From the NCBI GenBank assembly GCA_025457965.1, contig JALOTJ010000013.1, forward strand, positions 5,785-69,784: a DNA stretch of 64,000 nucleotides, given 5' to 3'. The notes under the pieces were generated by a model, which saw only the letters and a list, made by a program, of their open reading frames with translations, made no database searches and was not told where the DNA came from. The first letter of the stretch is position 1, and each line of letters starts with the position of its first letter. Shown here in pieces: positions 1 through 9,594 of this stretch. This stretch comes from Spirochaetota bacterium (GTDB lineage Bacteria > Spirochaetota > UBA4802 > UBA5368). A program made the position numbers and the translations under genes.

Positions 1-72
1 CGCAACCCGGCCGGGCCTGACGGCTATTATTCTATATAATAGACTTGTTGCATAACTGACAAAAATTTCATC

Positions 73-186
73 GTGAGGAGGCCGCAGGCCGACGTGGCGA
101 TCTCAATAGCCAACAAGTTATAGGCAAAAAACCGGATTCTGTATGAGATTGCCACGCCCCGATACGGCCGGGGCTCGCAATTACAC
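73..186. repeat. Inverted pair of a GC-rich element (73-105 and 144-186) flanking a 38-nt A/T-richer spacer
   Basis: Copy 1 is gtgaggaggccgcaggccgacgtggcgatctca and copy 2 is tgagattgccacgccccgatacggccggggctcgcaattacac. The cores cgtggcgatctca and tgagattgccacg are reverse complements with 1 mismatch. Each copy has its own mini-hairpin (ggcc-gca-ggcc; gccccg-atacggc-cggggc). The pair lies just 3' of the minus-strand operon that ends at 209. Confidence 0.6.
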
Positions 187-208
187 TCAGTAAAGCAACA
201 ACTCTAAT

Positions 209-2260
209 CTATACGAATCCGCTCACCTCGCGGACGCCTCGCCGGTAATCGAGTCTTAGAGTATGCGTACCATGTCGTACTACGATCTCCCCGGGGGGGA
301 ATTCCGCCCGACAGTACGGATTATCGTAGCGCGGATAGTCCGCAAGCCCCACCGTCTTCCCGTCGTTCCTGAGCCTCCCCTTCCAGCCGAACTCGATCAG
401 TCCGCGCGAGGGCGATTCAAAGCGTACCTTCATCCCTTTGAAAGCGAGAGCGCTGTTCGCCATCACATCAACGAAGCGATCGAAGGAGCCGCTCTCGCGC
501 CGGCTTCCAAGCTCGCAGAGCCAGATGTTTTGCGCGCCGTCGGCGATGATCTCACGCCCCGCATCGGGCCCCTCTCCCTGCCAGCGATAGCCGTTCCGGG
601 AGTGCAGCGCGAGATAGGCCTCGCCCTTCCGCGCGAAGACCCAGCCGCCGCGCTCGCGCACCTCGTCGAAGCGGTCGCGTGGGAGCCAGGCGTGCGTGAA
701 GAACAGGCGGTCGGTGTGGTAGATGCCGGGGCGCCGGGGCACGTTATACACACAGACCAGCACGTTTTTGACCTGCGCCGCGCGCGGGAGCCTGCCCGAA
801 CCGGTCCAGTAGCCGGTGGAGCCGTCCTCGTATTTGCCCGGGTGCGTGGTAAAGCACACGGCCTCGCCGCCCAGGCTCGCCTGCCAGATGTGCTGCTGGT
901 CGCCGCCGTAGCCGGGGCGGTAATCCTGCGCACAGCTGAGCATGTACTCGCGCGTTTTATAGGTATAGATGTTCACCTCCTCGCGGGTATTGCGGGTGAT
1001 GTCCTTCTCGAAGAGGCGCGCCACGAGCGGAAGAAGCCCAAGTTGGCGCGCCGCAGTGAGAAACCGGCGCTTCGAGGCGAAGGGCGCGAAGAAAGCGTTC
1101 TCCCACCAGCGGAACGTGTCGAAAAGGCGCATGACGGCGGTGATCGTCCGCGGGTGGGTATAGGCCTCGAGGCTGAGCGTCTCCATCACGCATGCCGGAT
1201 CGCTCAGGTCAAGGCCCCAGCGATACGCCTCGGCGAGGCGTATTCCCATGCGCTGGCGGTTCTCGATCCCGCCGCGCGCGCGGCCGTTTGCTATCTCGTA
1301 GATGACGCGCGGCAGGCGATACCCCCCCAGCGCGAGCGTGACGGCGCTCATGTTATCCTCTCCGGCAAAGACACCCGTTCCGAACAGCAGCTTCGAGGTG
1401 TCGGTCGTCGACTCGATGAAGGGAAAGCGCTTCTCCTTCGCGTAGCTTCGCCCGTGGGTGGAGCCGAAGACCCCCTGGTGGCTGTTGAGCGCCATGTCGA
1501 GGAACATGAGGTCCAGGATGATGACCGCGCGCCGGGCGATAATTTCGTCACGGCAGAAATCGGCAAGGTTCGCCAGGGCCGTGATGTCCTCGTCATAGTA
1601 CACGTTCGAGAGCCATTCGCTGAAGCCGGTGCGAAAGCGCATCTCCATCCAGCGGAGGATGCGCTTCCGGGCGCGTTCCATGTGCTCGACACCGGTGAGG
1701 CCGCTTCCCTCGAAGGCGCGATCTGGGAAGAGCTGGCCGGCGAGGTACTCGTTCGCCGCGAACATGATCTGGTGGTTCTCGGTCCAGGTGCACATGGAGT
1801 CTATGCCCGGCTCGTCCGGCCAGTACTTGAACGAGAGGAGCGTCCGCTCCGCGCGCGCGACGAGCTTCCGGTCGAGCAGGCGGCTCTCCCGGAACCGGTA
1901 GAGCATGCGCACGATGCCGAGCATCACGAAGTCGGAACAGTCGCGCCGCTCGTCGATATAGGTGAGCGCCGCGCCGATGAGGCCCGCGTGGACGGGCCCG
2001 CGGCCCACGGCGAGGCGGGCGAGCTCGCGGAAATGGCCCTTCATGGTGGTGCGGGCGGGATTGCCCACGGAATGTGAGAGGAGCGCCTTTCGGCGGGCCT
2101 CGTAGTTCGGCGCGAACGGACGCGGCGCGTAGCGGTCGGGCCGCTCGCACGATGGATAGCCCCTCGGAGGCCTTCCGTACCCGGTGAGCACATAGTCGGT
2201 CGCGCTCGTCGTTTCGATGAAGTCGTGCTGGAACACCGGTTCCCGGTTGTCAGTAGTCAT
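209..2260 (-). CDS. Large cytoplasmic enzyme of unassigned family (683 aa); weak resemblance to heparinase II/III-type alpha/alpha-toroid glycan lyases/hydrolases
   Basis: This is the only compositionally protein-like frame; the antisense 604-aa ORF is A/R/G/P-rich low complexity. There is no signal peptide. Motif WTENHQIMFAANEYLAG (Asn-His then Tyr) resembles the lyase catalytic region. It is the last gene of the sugar operon, directly after a GPH symporter. Confidence 0.55.
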   Translation of the reverse strand: MTTDNREPVFQHDFIETTSATDYVLTGYGRPPRGYPSCERPDRYAPRPFAPNYEARRKALLSHSVGNPARTTMKGHFRELARLAVGRGPVHAGLIGAALTYIDERRDCSDFVMLGIVRMLYRFRESRLLDRKLVARAERTLLSFKYWPDEPGIDSMCTWTENHQIMFAANEYLAGQLFPDRAFEGSGLTGVEHMERARKRILRWMEMRFRTGFSEWLSNVYYDEDITALANLADFCRDEIIARRAVIILDLMFLDMALNSHQGVFGSTHGRSYAKEKRFPFIESTTDTSKLLFGTGVFAGEDNMSAVTLALGGYRLPRVIYEIANGRARGGIENRQRMGIRLAEAYRWGLDLSDPACVMETLSLEAYTHPRTITAVMRLFDTFRWWENAFFAPFASKRRFLTAARQLGLLPLVARLFEKDITRNTREEVNIYTYKTREYMLSCAQDYRPGYGGDQQHIWQASLGGEAVCFTTHPGKYEDGSTGYWTGSGRLPRAAQVKNVLVCVYNVPRRPGIYHTDRLFFTHAWLPRDRFDEVRERGGWVFARKGEAYLALHSRNGYRWQGEGPDAGREIIADGAQNIWLCELGSRRESGSFDRFVDVMANSALAFKGMKVRFESPSRGLIEFGWKGRLRNDGKTVGLADYPRYDNPYCRAEFPPGEIVVRHGTHTLRLDYRRGVREVSGFV

Positions 2261-2364
2261 CGCGCATGTTCCTTTTAACTGTCATTATAACTGCATGACA
2301 TCTCATGCCACCGTTTCATCCGCCGTATAAAAACAATTCCGCTGCCCGACACGGCGGGCCTGGC

Positions 2365-3813
2365 TCAGACCAGAATATCCTTCAACCGCTTCTCCTCCGC
2401 GGCAAGCTCGTCCGTCATGGCGCCTGCACGGCGGCGCGCCAGGAAGTCCTTGAGGCGCGCGTGCACCTGCGGCGAGAGCGGGAACCTGAGGGCGAAGAAC
2501 AGGCAAAAAACCAGGAGTACCATCGGTACGGCGGCGAAAACCGCCCTGAGTACCAGCAGAAACGCGCCGGATTGCGGCTGCTGCACGAGCTTCGTGACAC
2601 CGTCGATCGTCTCGCTCACCGGCGGTACGTAACCGGCAAGCGATATGGCCTGCGATATCAGGAAAATCGCCAGTGCCGAGCTGAGCTTCCGCATGAAGGT
2701 CAGAAGGCCCGCGTAGACTCCCTCCCTCCGCATGCCGGTGACGAGCTCATCAACGTCGGGCAGGTCGGGGAATATTGCATAGATCATCACCACCACTCCG
2801 CCCGTGGCAAGGCCCATGGCGCAGCCGAAGATAAAGACCGATGCGCGGCCCGACGCGGGCGTTATGAAGAAACTGTACACCATCACCGCCATCCAGAGGC
2901 AGACCGCCGTTATAAAGCCGGTCTTCTTGCTTGTTTTGCGGCTCAGCCAGTAGTACGCCGGAATAACCAGGAGCTGGGTGATGAGGAGCGCGCCGAGCAC
3001 GTAGTTGGTATCGCCGCCGCGCTTCATGTAATGCGTCATGAAATAGATAACGATGGCCATCACCACGTCCATGGCAAGGAAGCTGAAGAGATACATGCTC
3101 ATCACGTGAAGGAAGGACTTTATTTTAAACGGCTCGCGGTATGCTTTCACCAGGTTGAAGTCGGGGAGAACCTCCTGGAACTCGGGCCGCTCCTTCGTAT
3201 AGAAGAAGGTCGCCAGGAAGGGGAGCGCGAAGAAGAGCCCGAAGCTCGCGCCCATCACCATGTGGCCCGTGCGCACGTCCGGTATCATCTTGACGATCTC
3301 CATCGGCACGACCGCGCAGAGGATCGAGGAGAACATCGAGAATCCCATGCGGATGGAGATGAGCGAGGTGCGCTCGGCGTAATCGAGCGTGAGCTCGGAG
3401 GCGAGCGCGTTGTAGGGCACCATGACCAGCGTGATGACCGCGTCGAAGAAAAAATAGGCCAGGAGCACAAAGGCGAAGCGCGCGGCCTCGCTCTCGTAGC
3501 TCACCGGGTACCAGAGCATGAAATACGACAGGAAAATAAAGGCGACCCCCGCGAGAAGAAACGGCCGCCGCCGCCCGTAGCGCGTGCGGGTTCGGTCGGT
3601 GATGACCCCCATGAGCGGGTCGTTGACCGCGTCCCATATCTTGCTGACCAGGAGCACCGTGCCGGCGAGCGCGGGGCTTAAGCCCACCACGTCGGTGAGG
3701 AAATACAGATAATAGATGCCCACGATGATCATGGACCCGCCGCCGTAGATGTCGCCCATGCCGAACGCGATCTTGCTCCAGAGCGAAAGCTCTCCCTTGG
3801 CCTTCTTCATCAT
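2365..3813 (-). CDS. Glycoside-pentoside-hexuronide (GPH):cation symporter, MelB/YicJ-like MFS transporter
   Basis: 482 aa with about 12 hydrophobic segments. The N-terminal signature is FGMGDIYGGGSMIIVGIYYLYFLTDVVGLSPALAGTVLLVSKIWDAVNDPLMGVITDRTRTRYGRRRPF. RBS ggaaggagg lies upstream. Confidence 0.9.
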   Translation of the reverse strand: MMKKAKGELSLWSKIAFGMGDIYGGGSMIIVGIYYLYFLTDVVGLSPALAGTVLLVSKIWDAVNDPLMGVITDRTRTRYGRRRPFLLAGVAFIFLSYFMLWYPVSYESEAARFAFVLLAYFFFDAVITLVMVPYNALASELTLDYAERTSLISIRMGFSMFSSILCAVVPMEIVKMIPDVRTGHMVMGASFGLFFALPFLATFFYTKERPEFQEVLPDFNLVKAYREPFKIKSFLHVMSMYLFSFLAMDVVMAIVIYFMTHYMKRGGDTNYVLGALLITQLLVIPAYYWLSRKTSKKTGFITAVCLWMAVMVYSFFITPASGRASVFIFGCAMGLATGGVVVMIYAIFPDLPDVDELVTGMRREGVYAGLLTFMRKLSSALAIFLISQAISLAGYVPPVSETIDGVTKLVQQPQSGAFLLVLRAVFAAVPMVLLVFCLFFALRFPLSPQVHARLKDFLARRRAGAMTDELAAEEKRLKDILV

Positions 3814-3826
3814 ACACCTCCTTCCA

Positions 3827-4050
3827 TCAATTTATCGCCCTGCCGGTGAGGGCGTTTCCGATCTTGCTGACTATAACAACCACTCCCGCGAGCAACGTGC
3901 CGATGCGGACGACGCCGGAGAGAAAATACAGGCGGTAGAACCCGTGATGGTCATGGCGCCGCCGCCGTAGAGGTCGCCCATGCCGTAGCCGAGTTTTGTG
4001 AAAAGCGAAAGCTTTTCGCCGGCGGGTTTGTTTGTCACTATCGTCCTCAT
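3827..4050 (-). pseudogene. Frameshifted, truncated N-terminal remnant of a second GPH symporter paralog
   Basis: From ATG 4050 it reads MRTIVTNKPAGEKLSLFTKLGYGMGDLYGGGAMTITG. After a frameshift it continues FYRLYFLSGVVRIGTLLAGVVVIVSKIGNALTGRAIN and then stops. This parallels residues 1-70 of the intact transporter. Its ATG overlaps the TGA of the upstream oxidoreductase (ATGA at 4047-4050). Confidence 0.7.
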
Positions 4051-5069
4051 GAATCTTCAATCGATTCCTTCCGCCCGGTTTCGGCCGAGCGGTAGAGCGC
4101 CAGCACCGTCGCGAGCACCGGCAGAGACCTCCCGGCTTCGTTGTCGTAGCGCGCGCCGTCGCGTATCCATCGGGTAAAGCCGATGAGGTTGCGCTGAAGC
4201 GAGAAGAGCCCCGGGAAAGGCATTGAATAGCGTTTCTTTCTTACGCCAAGAAGGCGAAGTTTCGACGCGGGCGGAAAATCGTCGGGGCCGGTATAGACGG
4301 CGGTGCCCCGCTCGCCGTACACCTCGATCGTCACCTTCTGATGGGGGTTCACCGTCATCGCCCCGGTGACGCTCAAGAGCGCACCGTTCGCGAGCTCGAC
4401 CGTCCCCATGCCGAGGTCCTCCACCTCGACGTCGGCGAACCTGCGCCGCGCGGTCATCCCGGCAACGGTAACCGGAGGGCTTCCCATCGCCTCGAGTGCG
4501 ATATCGATCCAGTGGCTGGTCTGTGTGAGAAGGGTGCCGCCGCCGGCCTCGGCTTTCCTGGAACGCCAGGCTCCGGTGGTGAAGTACTCGGGGCCCCGGT
4601 GCCAGGGCATGTTCACCCGGCAGTGCGAGATCTCACCGAGAAGGCCCTCGCGGCAGAGCATGATGAGGGTATGGGCCCTACGGTCGTAGCGGTACTGGTA
4701 GTTGACGGCGAGTTTTAGGCCTTTCGCGCGGGCGGTTTCGCAAAGCCCCGTTGCCTGTTCCATGGTGATCGCCAGGGGTTTTTCGCAGAGCACGTGGCGC
4801 CCGCGGTCCAGGGCCTCCGCCACCAGGGGATAATGAAGGTGGTGCGGCACGCAAATATAAAGAGCATCGACCTTTTCGCTGTCCATGAGCTCACGGCCGT
4901 CCCCATGGGCGGCTCTGACCCCGAAGCGCCGGGAAAACGCCTCCAGCCGCGCGGCGTCAATGTCGGCGCAGGCGCCGATCTTTACCCCGGGGGTCATGGC
5001 GACAACCCGGGCCAGATCCACGGCAATGTCCCCGCAACCGATGAATCCAAGTGTAAACGGTTTTTTCAA
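4047..5069 (-). CDS. Gfo/Idh/MocA family NAD(P)-dependent sugar oxidoreductase (ThuB-like)
   Basis: 340 aa. It has an N-terminal Rossmann motif (LGFIGCGDIAVDLARV) and EKPLA within VLCEKPLAITMEQA. It is adjacent to a ThuA-domain gene. Confidence 0.85.
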   Translation of the reverse strand: MKKPFTLGFIGCGDIAVDLARVVAMTPGVKIGACADIDAARLEAFSRRFGVRAAHGDGRELMDSEKVDALYICVPHHLHYPLVAEALDRGRHVLCEKPLAITMEQATGLCETARAKGLKLAVNYQYRYDRRAHTLIMLCREGLLGEISHCRVNMPWHRGPEYFTTGAWRSRKAEAGGGTLLTQTSHWIDIALEAMGSPPVTVAGMTARRRFADVEVEDLGMGTVELANGALLSVTGAMTVNPHQKVTIEVYGERGTAVYTGPDDFPPASKLRLLGVRKKRYSMPFPGLFSLQRNLIGFTRWIRDGARYDNEAGRSLPVLATVLALYRSAETGRKESIEDS

Positions 5070-5086
5070 GCTTTCAATCCCCCTTT

Positions 5087-5725
5087 TTAACCCTCAAGGC
5101 CGCAAACCCAGCGCAGGCCCCGCGCCAGCACCTCTATGGTGCCCGGGTGCTTCATGGTGGGCGCGCAATGCCCTGGTGCGTAATAGCACACCCGGCCCTT
5201 TCCGTACGATCGGGTCCAAACCTGAGGCTCTGCCCCCTGGTCCGTTTCGGCAACGAAATGGATCGAATTCGTCCGGTCGTAGTCGTGCAGGTAGAGCTCG
5301 TCGTGCACGGTGAAGTCCTTGATTCCCGTAAAGATTCCCTCTTTCACGCGGCGCAGCGCGAAGGGCTCGATCTTTCCATGCCCGATGAAGCGCCCGCCGA
5401 CGACGTCGAACCAGCGGCTTTTCGTTTTAAACGAGGCCGAGGCCGAATGGACCGCCAGGAAGCCGCCGCCGCCGCGCACGAAGTCCTCGAGCGCGCCGAG
5501 CGCGTCATCGGAGATCGTGCGCCGGTGCAGGTAGACGGCGAGCGCGTCAAAGCTACCGTCCGACAGGGAACGGAGCGTTTCGATCGATGAGGAGAAGGCG
5601 CACTCGAACCCGTCCATGCCCGTCAGAAATTGCCTGAAATTCCTTCTGGCCGGTATCGACGGATGGACGATCCCGTCCGAAATAACCAGTACCCGTTTTT
5701 TCACGCCCGTCCTCCTTTTCTTCAT
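5087..5725 (-). CDS. ThuA-domain (trehalose-utilisation-like, class I glutamine-amidotransferase fold) protein
   Basis: I trimmed the start to MKKRRTGVKKRVLVISDGIVHPS (cat at 5723-5725), giving 212 aa. Motifs FDALAVYLHRR, GGGFLAVHSA, VVGGRFIGHG and GKGRVCYYAPGH are present. The 333-aa track ORF is an upstream read-through extension that overlaps the FAD gene. Confidence 0.8.
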   Translation of the reverse strand: MKKRRTGVKKRVLVISDGIVHPSIPARRNFRQFLTGMDGFECAFSSSIETLRSLSDGSFDALAVYLHRRTISDDALGALEDFVRGGGGFLAVHSASASFKTKSRWFDVVGGRFIGHGKIEPFALRRVKEGIFTGIKDFTVHDELYLHDYDRTNSIHFVAETDQGAEPQVWTRSYGKGRVCYYAPGHCAPTMKHPGTIEVLARGLRWVCGLEG

Positions 5726-5750
5726 GCCCGTTGACGGCTGCGCCGCCCGA

Positions 5751-7769
5751 TCAATCCGATGAATACACGAGCCCGTCCCGGTACTCTTTCCATATCCTCT
5801 CGAACCAGGGGTCCTCCTTCGGCACGGGCCGCACTGGCACGATGCGCGGGATGATGCGCCCGTCCGAGCCCAGTTTGAGCTCCGCGATCTCATCGAGCGC
5901 CATGGAGCCGATCTCCGGCGGAAGCACCGCGCGCGCCCGTCCCGCCTCATCCAACACGAGGAAACGCTCGATCGTCCCGGCCAGGTACGAGCCGCGTCCG
6001 CCGCCGATGCGCGAAAGCACGAGGCCGGACGCCTCGAGGAAGAAGCGCTCCGCCAGGAGCAGGTCAGCGTTTTTAAAGAAATCCGCAAGTTCCTTCGCTT
6101 CCGCCACGCCGGATTCGCGATGGCGGCGCATGGCGTCAGCGTTTTCGGCGAGGGCCCTCTCTATCGAGGAAAGATCACGCAGTATGCCGAGGACGCGCGA
6201 CATGCGCCGCTGCAATTCCAATAGTTCTGCGCGCGGGCTGGCCGGTTTGGCCGCAAGTGCCCGTCTGCACTCGTTTATCCGCGCCTCCAGCGCGGTGCGT
6301 ACGGCGGCGCTTTGACCGTCCGCGCTTTCAGATGCTTTGCCTGAAACGCGGTGCGCGATCATCTGCGCGGCGCGAAGCCCCCCGACCTGCCCCGCGTTGA
6401 GCGCCGCGCCACCCGGGCGGTATACGCCGTGCGAGCCGTTCGCCTCGCCCACCGGGAAGAGGTTCTTCAGGTTCGACTCCCACCAGATGTCGCCGCACAG
6501 CCCGCCGTTGACGTGCTGGTGGCACACGGCGATCTCGAGCGGTTCGCGCGCGAGGTCGACGCCATGTTTCAGGAAGAGCTCGTATGCGGGCGTATTCATC
6601 GCGATGAGCCGTTCGACCGGCGTCGCTTTGAGGGCGTCCGAGCGCGCGAGATAGTCGCGCGCCTCGGCCGGGAGCTCGCCGACGCCGAAGGCCGCACCGG
6701 GAAATGACGGGTTTGCGCGGTAATCGATGAAGACGCGCCGGCCGCGCACGACCGATTCGTAATAGACCAGAAGGTCGACGCAGGAGGAGCCGTGGCCGGG
6801 TATTTTTTGTACGTCGAAGGGCCACTCGTAGCCCTTGCGAAACTGCGCCGAGAGGAGCGCCTCCATCGAGGGGTAGCAATCGGCGAGAAACTCGCGCACG
6901 TCGCCCCCACCGGCATCGGTGGAAAAGTAGCGGGGCAGTACCTGCTGGTACGTGCCCGATAGGTTCCAGCGCGGGCGTTTCGAGGCGATGCCGAACTGCG
7001 ACTCGGAGAGGTTCTGCGCCACCGCGCCCGCCGCGAGGGCCGCGCCGAGCGAGCCGGTCTGCGACGCGGGGTAGACGCTGTCGGCGTACAGCGCGCCGGG
7101 ACCTCCCGTGGCGAGCACCACGCAGTCAGCACCGATCGCGCACAGGCCGTATTCCGCGCCCGGGCCGGTTGTGTCGCCCATCGCGATGATGCCCGCGGCG
7201 CGGCGGTGGCCCGAATCGACCGCGGTGACGATATCGACGACCGTGAGGCCCTCGAGCACCGGGATGCCGAGGAGGAAGGCCTCGTCGCGGAGCTTCTCGT
7301 ACATCATGATCGAGGTGCCGGGCCCGGCCGAGGAGCCGCGCGGCAGTTCGTCGTGGTCCGTGCGGTAAGACGCGAAGGAGCCGTGGCGGTCGAAGGGAAA
7401 GCGCACACCGAGCGCGGCCAAATGATGGAACTCGAAGAGCGAGAGCGAGGCCTCGACAAGCGCGAGATCCCCATGCACGCAGCCGCCGGAAAAAAGCCGC
7501 CGCGCCATGGCGCGCACGGAATCCCCCGTGTCCCCGGCGGGATTGAGCCGGTAATAGGTCTGCTTGTCCGAGCCGGCGTTCGCCGATACGCCCGCGCCGA
7601 GGCGCTCGGTGACGATGGCGACATCGCCCACGCCCAGGCGCACCAGATGCACCGCGGCGTTCAGCGCCGCCGCGCCCGAGCCGACAACGGCCGCCCTCAT
7701 GGAATAGAGCGGGAATTCGCTACCCGCAACGGTGATGAGTTTTCTTTCCATCCCCTGTTTCAGCGCCAC
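5751..7769 (-). CDS. FAD-dependent oxidoreductase, fumarate-reductase/succinate-dehydrogenase-flavoprotein-like (FAD_binding_2 type) with extra C-terminal domain
   Basis: 672 aa with dinucleotide motif AAVVGSGAAALNAAVHL near the N-terminus and a later GEANGSHGVYRPGGAALN motif. The start is uncertain: GTG at 7769 or ATG at 7751. Confidence 0.75.
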   Translation of the reverse strand: MALKQGMERKLITVAGSEFPLYSMRAAVVGSGAAALNAAVHLVRLGVGDVAIVTERLGAGVSANAGSDKQTYYRLNPAGDTGDSVRAMARRLFSGGCVHGDLALVEASLSLFEFHHLAALGVRFPFDRHGSFASYRTDHDELPRGSSAGPGTSIMMYEKLRDEAFLLGIPVLEGLTVVDIVTAVDSGHRRAAGIIAMGDTTGPGAEYGLCAIGADCVVLATGGPGALYADSVYPASQTGSLGAALAAGAVAQNLSESQFGIASKRPRWNLSGTYQQVLPRYFSTDAGGGDVREFLADCYPSMEALLSAQFRKGYEWPFDVQKIPGHGSSCVDLLVYYESVVRGRRVFIDYRANPSFPGAAFGVGELPAEARDYLARSDALKATPVERLIAMNTPAYELFLKHGVDLAREPLEIAVCHQHVNGGLCGDIWWESNLKNLFPVGEANGSHGVYRPGGAALNAGQVGGLRAAQMIAHRVSGKASESADGQSAAVRTALEARINECRRALAAKPASPRAELLELQRRMSRVLGILRDLSSIERALAENADAMRRHRESGVAEAKELADFFKNADLLLAERFFLEASGLVLSRIGGGRGSYLAGTIERFLVLDEAGRARAVLPPEIGSMALDEIAELKLGSDGRIIPRIVPVRPVPKEDPWFERIWKEYRDGLVYSSD

Positions 7770-7799
7770 ACCCTTTGATAATCGCGAAAACGCCGGCCG

Positions 7800-8588
7800 C
7801 TAGAGCGCGCCCCTGTTGATGTGAAACCCGCCATCCACGTTTATGACCTCGCCCGTGGCGTAGTCGTGATGCCCGCGCACCACGGCGAGTACCGCGCGCG
7901 CCACGTCCTCCGGCTCACCCCATCGCGAAAGCGGCAGGAGCCCCCCGCCGATCTTCGCGTCGTATTTCGCCGCGACCGGGCCGGTCATGTCCGTGCGGAT
8001 TATTCCCGGTCGTATCTCGAAGACGCGTACGCCGTGCGAAGCCAGGCGCAGCGCGAAGAGCTTCGTCATCATGCCCATGCCGGCCTTGGAGATGCAGTAG
8101 TCGGCACGGTTTACGGAAGGCTGATACGCCGAAATCGACGAGATGTTGACGATGTAGCGCAAAGCGTCCCCGTTCTCCATGAGCCCCGCGAGCGCGGAGC
8201 TGAGCAGGAACGGCCCCACGAGGTTCGTCTTCAGCACCCGGAGCATCGCCTCCTCGGAAAGCTCGAGCATGTCGCGCCGGCCCTCGGTGGTGACGCCCGC
8301 GTTATTGACCAGGACATCGAGGCGGCCGAAACCCGAGCGGACCGCCTCGCGGAGCGCCTCGCGGCCCGCGGCCTCCGCAACGTCCGCCCGCACATAGACG
8401 CACGAGCCCGCCGCGCCGCCGGCCCGCTGGACCGCGGCGCGGGCCTCCTCCGCGTCCACCGCGTCGCGCCGGCCGTTGAGCACCACGGCATACCCGTCAG
8501 CGCCAAGCGCTATCGCGATCGCCCGGCCGATGCCGGCCGTCGATCCGGTGACCAGCGCCACCCTGCCATTACCGGCGCGCTCACCCAT
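7800..8588 (-). CDS. Short-chain dehydrogenase/reductase (SDR) family oxidoreductase
   Basis: 262 aa with TGSTAGIGRAIA (TGxxxGIG), NNAG and a YCISK catalytic Tyr-x3-Lys. Its ATG overlaps the LacI stop (ATGGGTGA). Confidence 0.9.
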   Translation of the reverse strand: MGERAGNGRVALVTGSTAGIGRAIAIALGADGYAVVLNGRRDAVDAEEARAAVQRAGGAAGSCVYVRADVAEAAGREALREAVRSGFGRLDVLVNNAGVTTEGRRDMLELSEEAMLRVLKTNLVGPFLLSSALAGLMENGDALRYIVNISSISAYQPSVNRADYCISKAGMGMMTKLFALRLASHGVRVFEIRPGIIRTDMTGPVAAKYDAKIGGGLLPLSRWGEPEDVARAVLAVVRGHHDYATGEVINVDGGFHINRGAL

Positions 8589-9594
8589 TGGGGCCTCCTT
8601 TCCATCCCACCGATTCTCCGTCCATGAAGGCTCCCTCCACCTCCAGGCACATCGCGCGCACCTCGCGCTGTTCGATGTTGTCGCGAAGCCAGCGCGCCGC
8701 CAGGAAGGCCATCTCGTAGGTGGAGAGGCTGATCGTCGCGATCGAGGGCCTAAAAAGCGCCTGCGCGGGCGAGCGGTCGAAGCCGGTGACGGCGATATCG
8801 CCGGGCACGCGCACGCCCATCTCGCGAAAGAGGGAGATGAGGCGGATGGCGAAGTTGTCGTTGAAGCACATCACCGCGTCGCAGCTACGGTCGGCGAAGA
8901 ACAGGGCCGCCTTCTCGTCGACGGCGGCGATCTCCTCCGCCCGGTAGACGTTCGCGCCGTAACCGTCGATTCCTCCTTCAGTCATTGCGACCAGAAATCC
9001 CCGGTAGCGGTCGGCGTTGGTGACATTGTCGGCGCAGTCCAGGTAGCCGACGCGCCGGTAGCCGCGGTCGAGCAGGTGCCTTCCCAGGCGGAGCATGCCC
9101 TTGAAATTGTTGCACGACACGGAGCTTTCACCCTCGTGAGCACGGTTTAGAAAGATATAGGGTACATCGCCCCCGCGAAGCCGTCCGCGCAGGTCGCCGT
9201 CGATTTCGCCGAAGGCGAAGATGAAGCCGTCGATCGCCGACCCGGCCGAATCGAGGCTCCGGGCCAGGTCGTCGTAGGTCAGAAGCGAAACCTCGCGCGG
9301 GATGTCGCTGAACGCGTTATTGATGGCGACGATGAGCTCGCCGGGATCGAAGAAGGGATTGATCGCGAGCCGTTGACGCCCGGGAATGACGACCGAGAGC
9401 CGAATGGCACTTCGGCTGATGTGCCGCCGGCGTTTACGGGGGGCGAATTCGCCCGCCTCCACGGCCTCCAGCACCCTGCGCCGTGTGCCGGCGGCGATGC
9501 CCGGTGCGTTGCTGAGCACGCGAGAGACGGTGCTTGCCGAAACGCCGCACGTGCGCGCGATGTCGTCGAGCCGCCGGGGCCGCTTGGGGGTCAT
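8581..9594 (-). CDS. LacI/GalR family transcriptional regulator
   Basis: 337 aa with N-terminal HTH LDDIARTCGVSASTVSRVLSN and a periplasmic-binding-protein-like C-terminal fold. It overlaps the flanking genes by 4 nt (ATGA) and 8 nt. Confidence 0.9.
   Translation of the reverse strand: MTPKRPRRLDDIARTCGVSASTVSRVLSNAPGIAAGTRRRVLEAVEAGEFAPRKRRRHISRSAIRLSVVIPGRQRLAINPFFDPGELIVAINNAFSDIPREVSLLTYDDLARSLDSAGSAIDGFIFAFGEIDGDLRGRLRGGDVPYIFLNRAHEGESSVSCNNFKGMLRLGRHLLDRGYRRVGYLDCADNVTNADRYRGFLVAMTEGGIDGYGANVYRAEEIAAVDEKAALFFADRSCDAVMCFNDNFAIRLISLFREMGVRVPGDIAVTGFDRSPAQALFRPSIATISLSTYEMAFLAARWLRDNIEQREVRAMCLEVEGAFMDGESVGWKGGPNG

Noticed and set aside
263-2077. A 604-aa ORF on the plus strand, antisense to the 683-aa gene.
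   Set aside because: It is rich in A/R/G/P/E low-complexity sequence with no motifs. This is the typical stop-codon-poor antisense frame of high-GC DNA, and the minus-strand product has normal composition.
2305-3681. A 458-aa plus-strand ORF and a 230-aa minus alternative frame overlapping the GPH symporter.
   Set aside because: The content is Arg/His/Glu-rich and nonsensical. The symporter frame has clear TM periodicity and family motifs.
5726-6088. A 121-codon N-terminal extension of the ThuA ORF in the track (333 aa total).
   Set aside because: The extension is Arg/Ser/Cys-rich and overlaps the 3' end of the FAD gene. The ThuA domain starts at MKKRRTGVKKRVLVI, which has a sensible intergenic gap.
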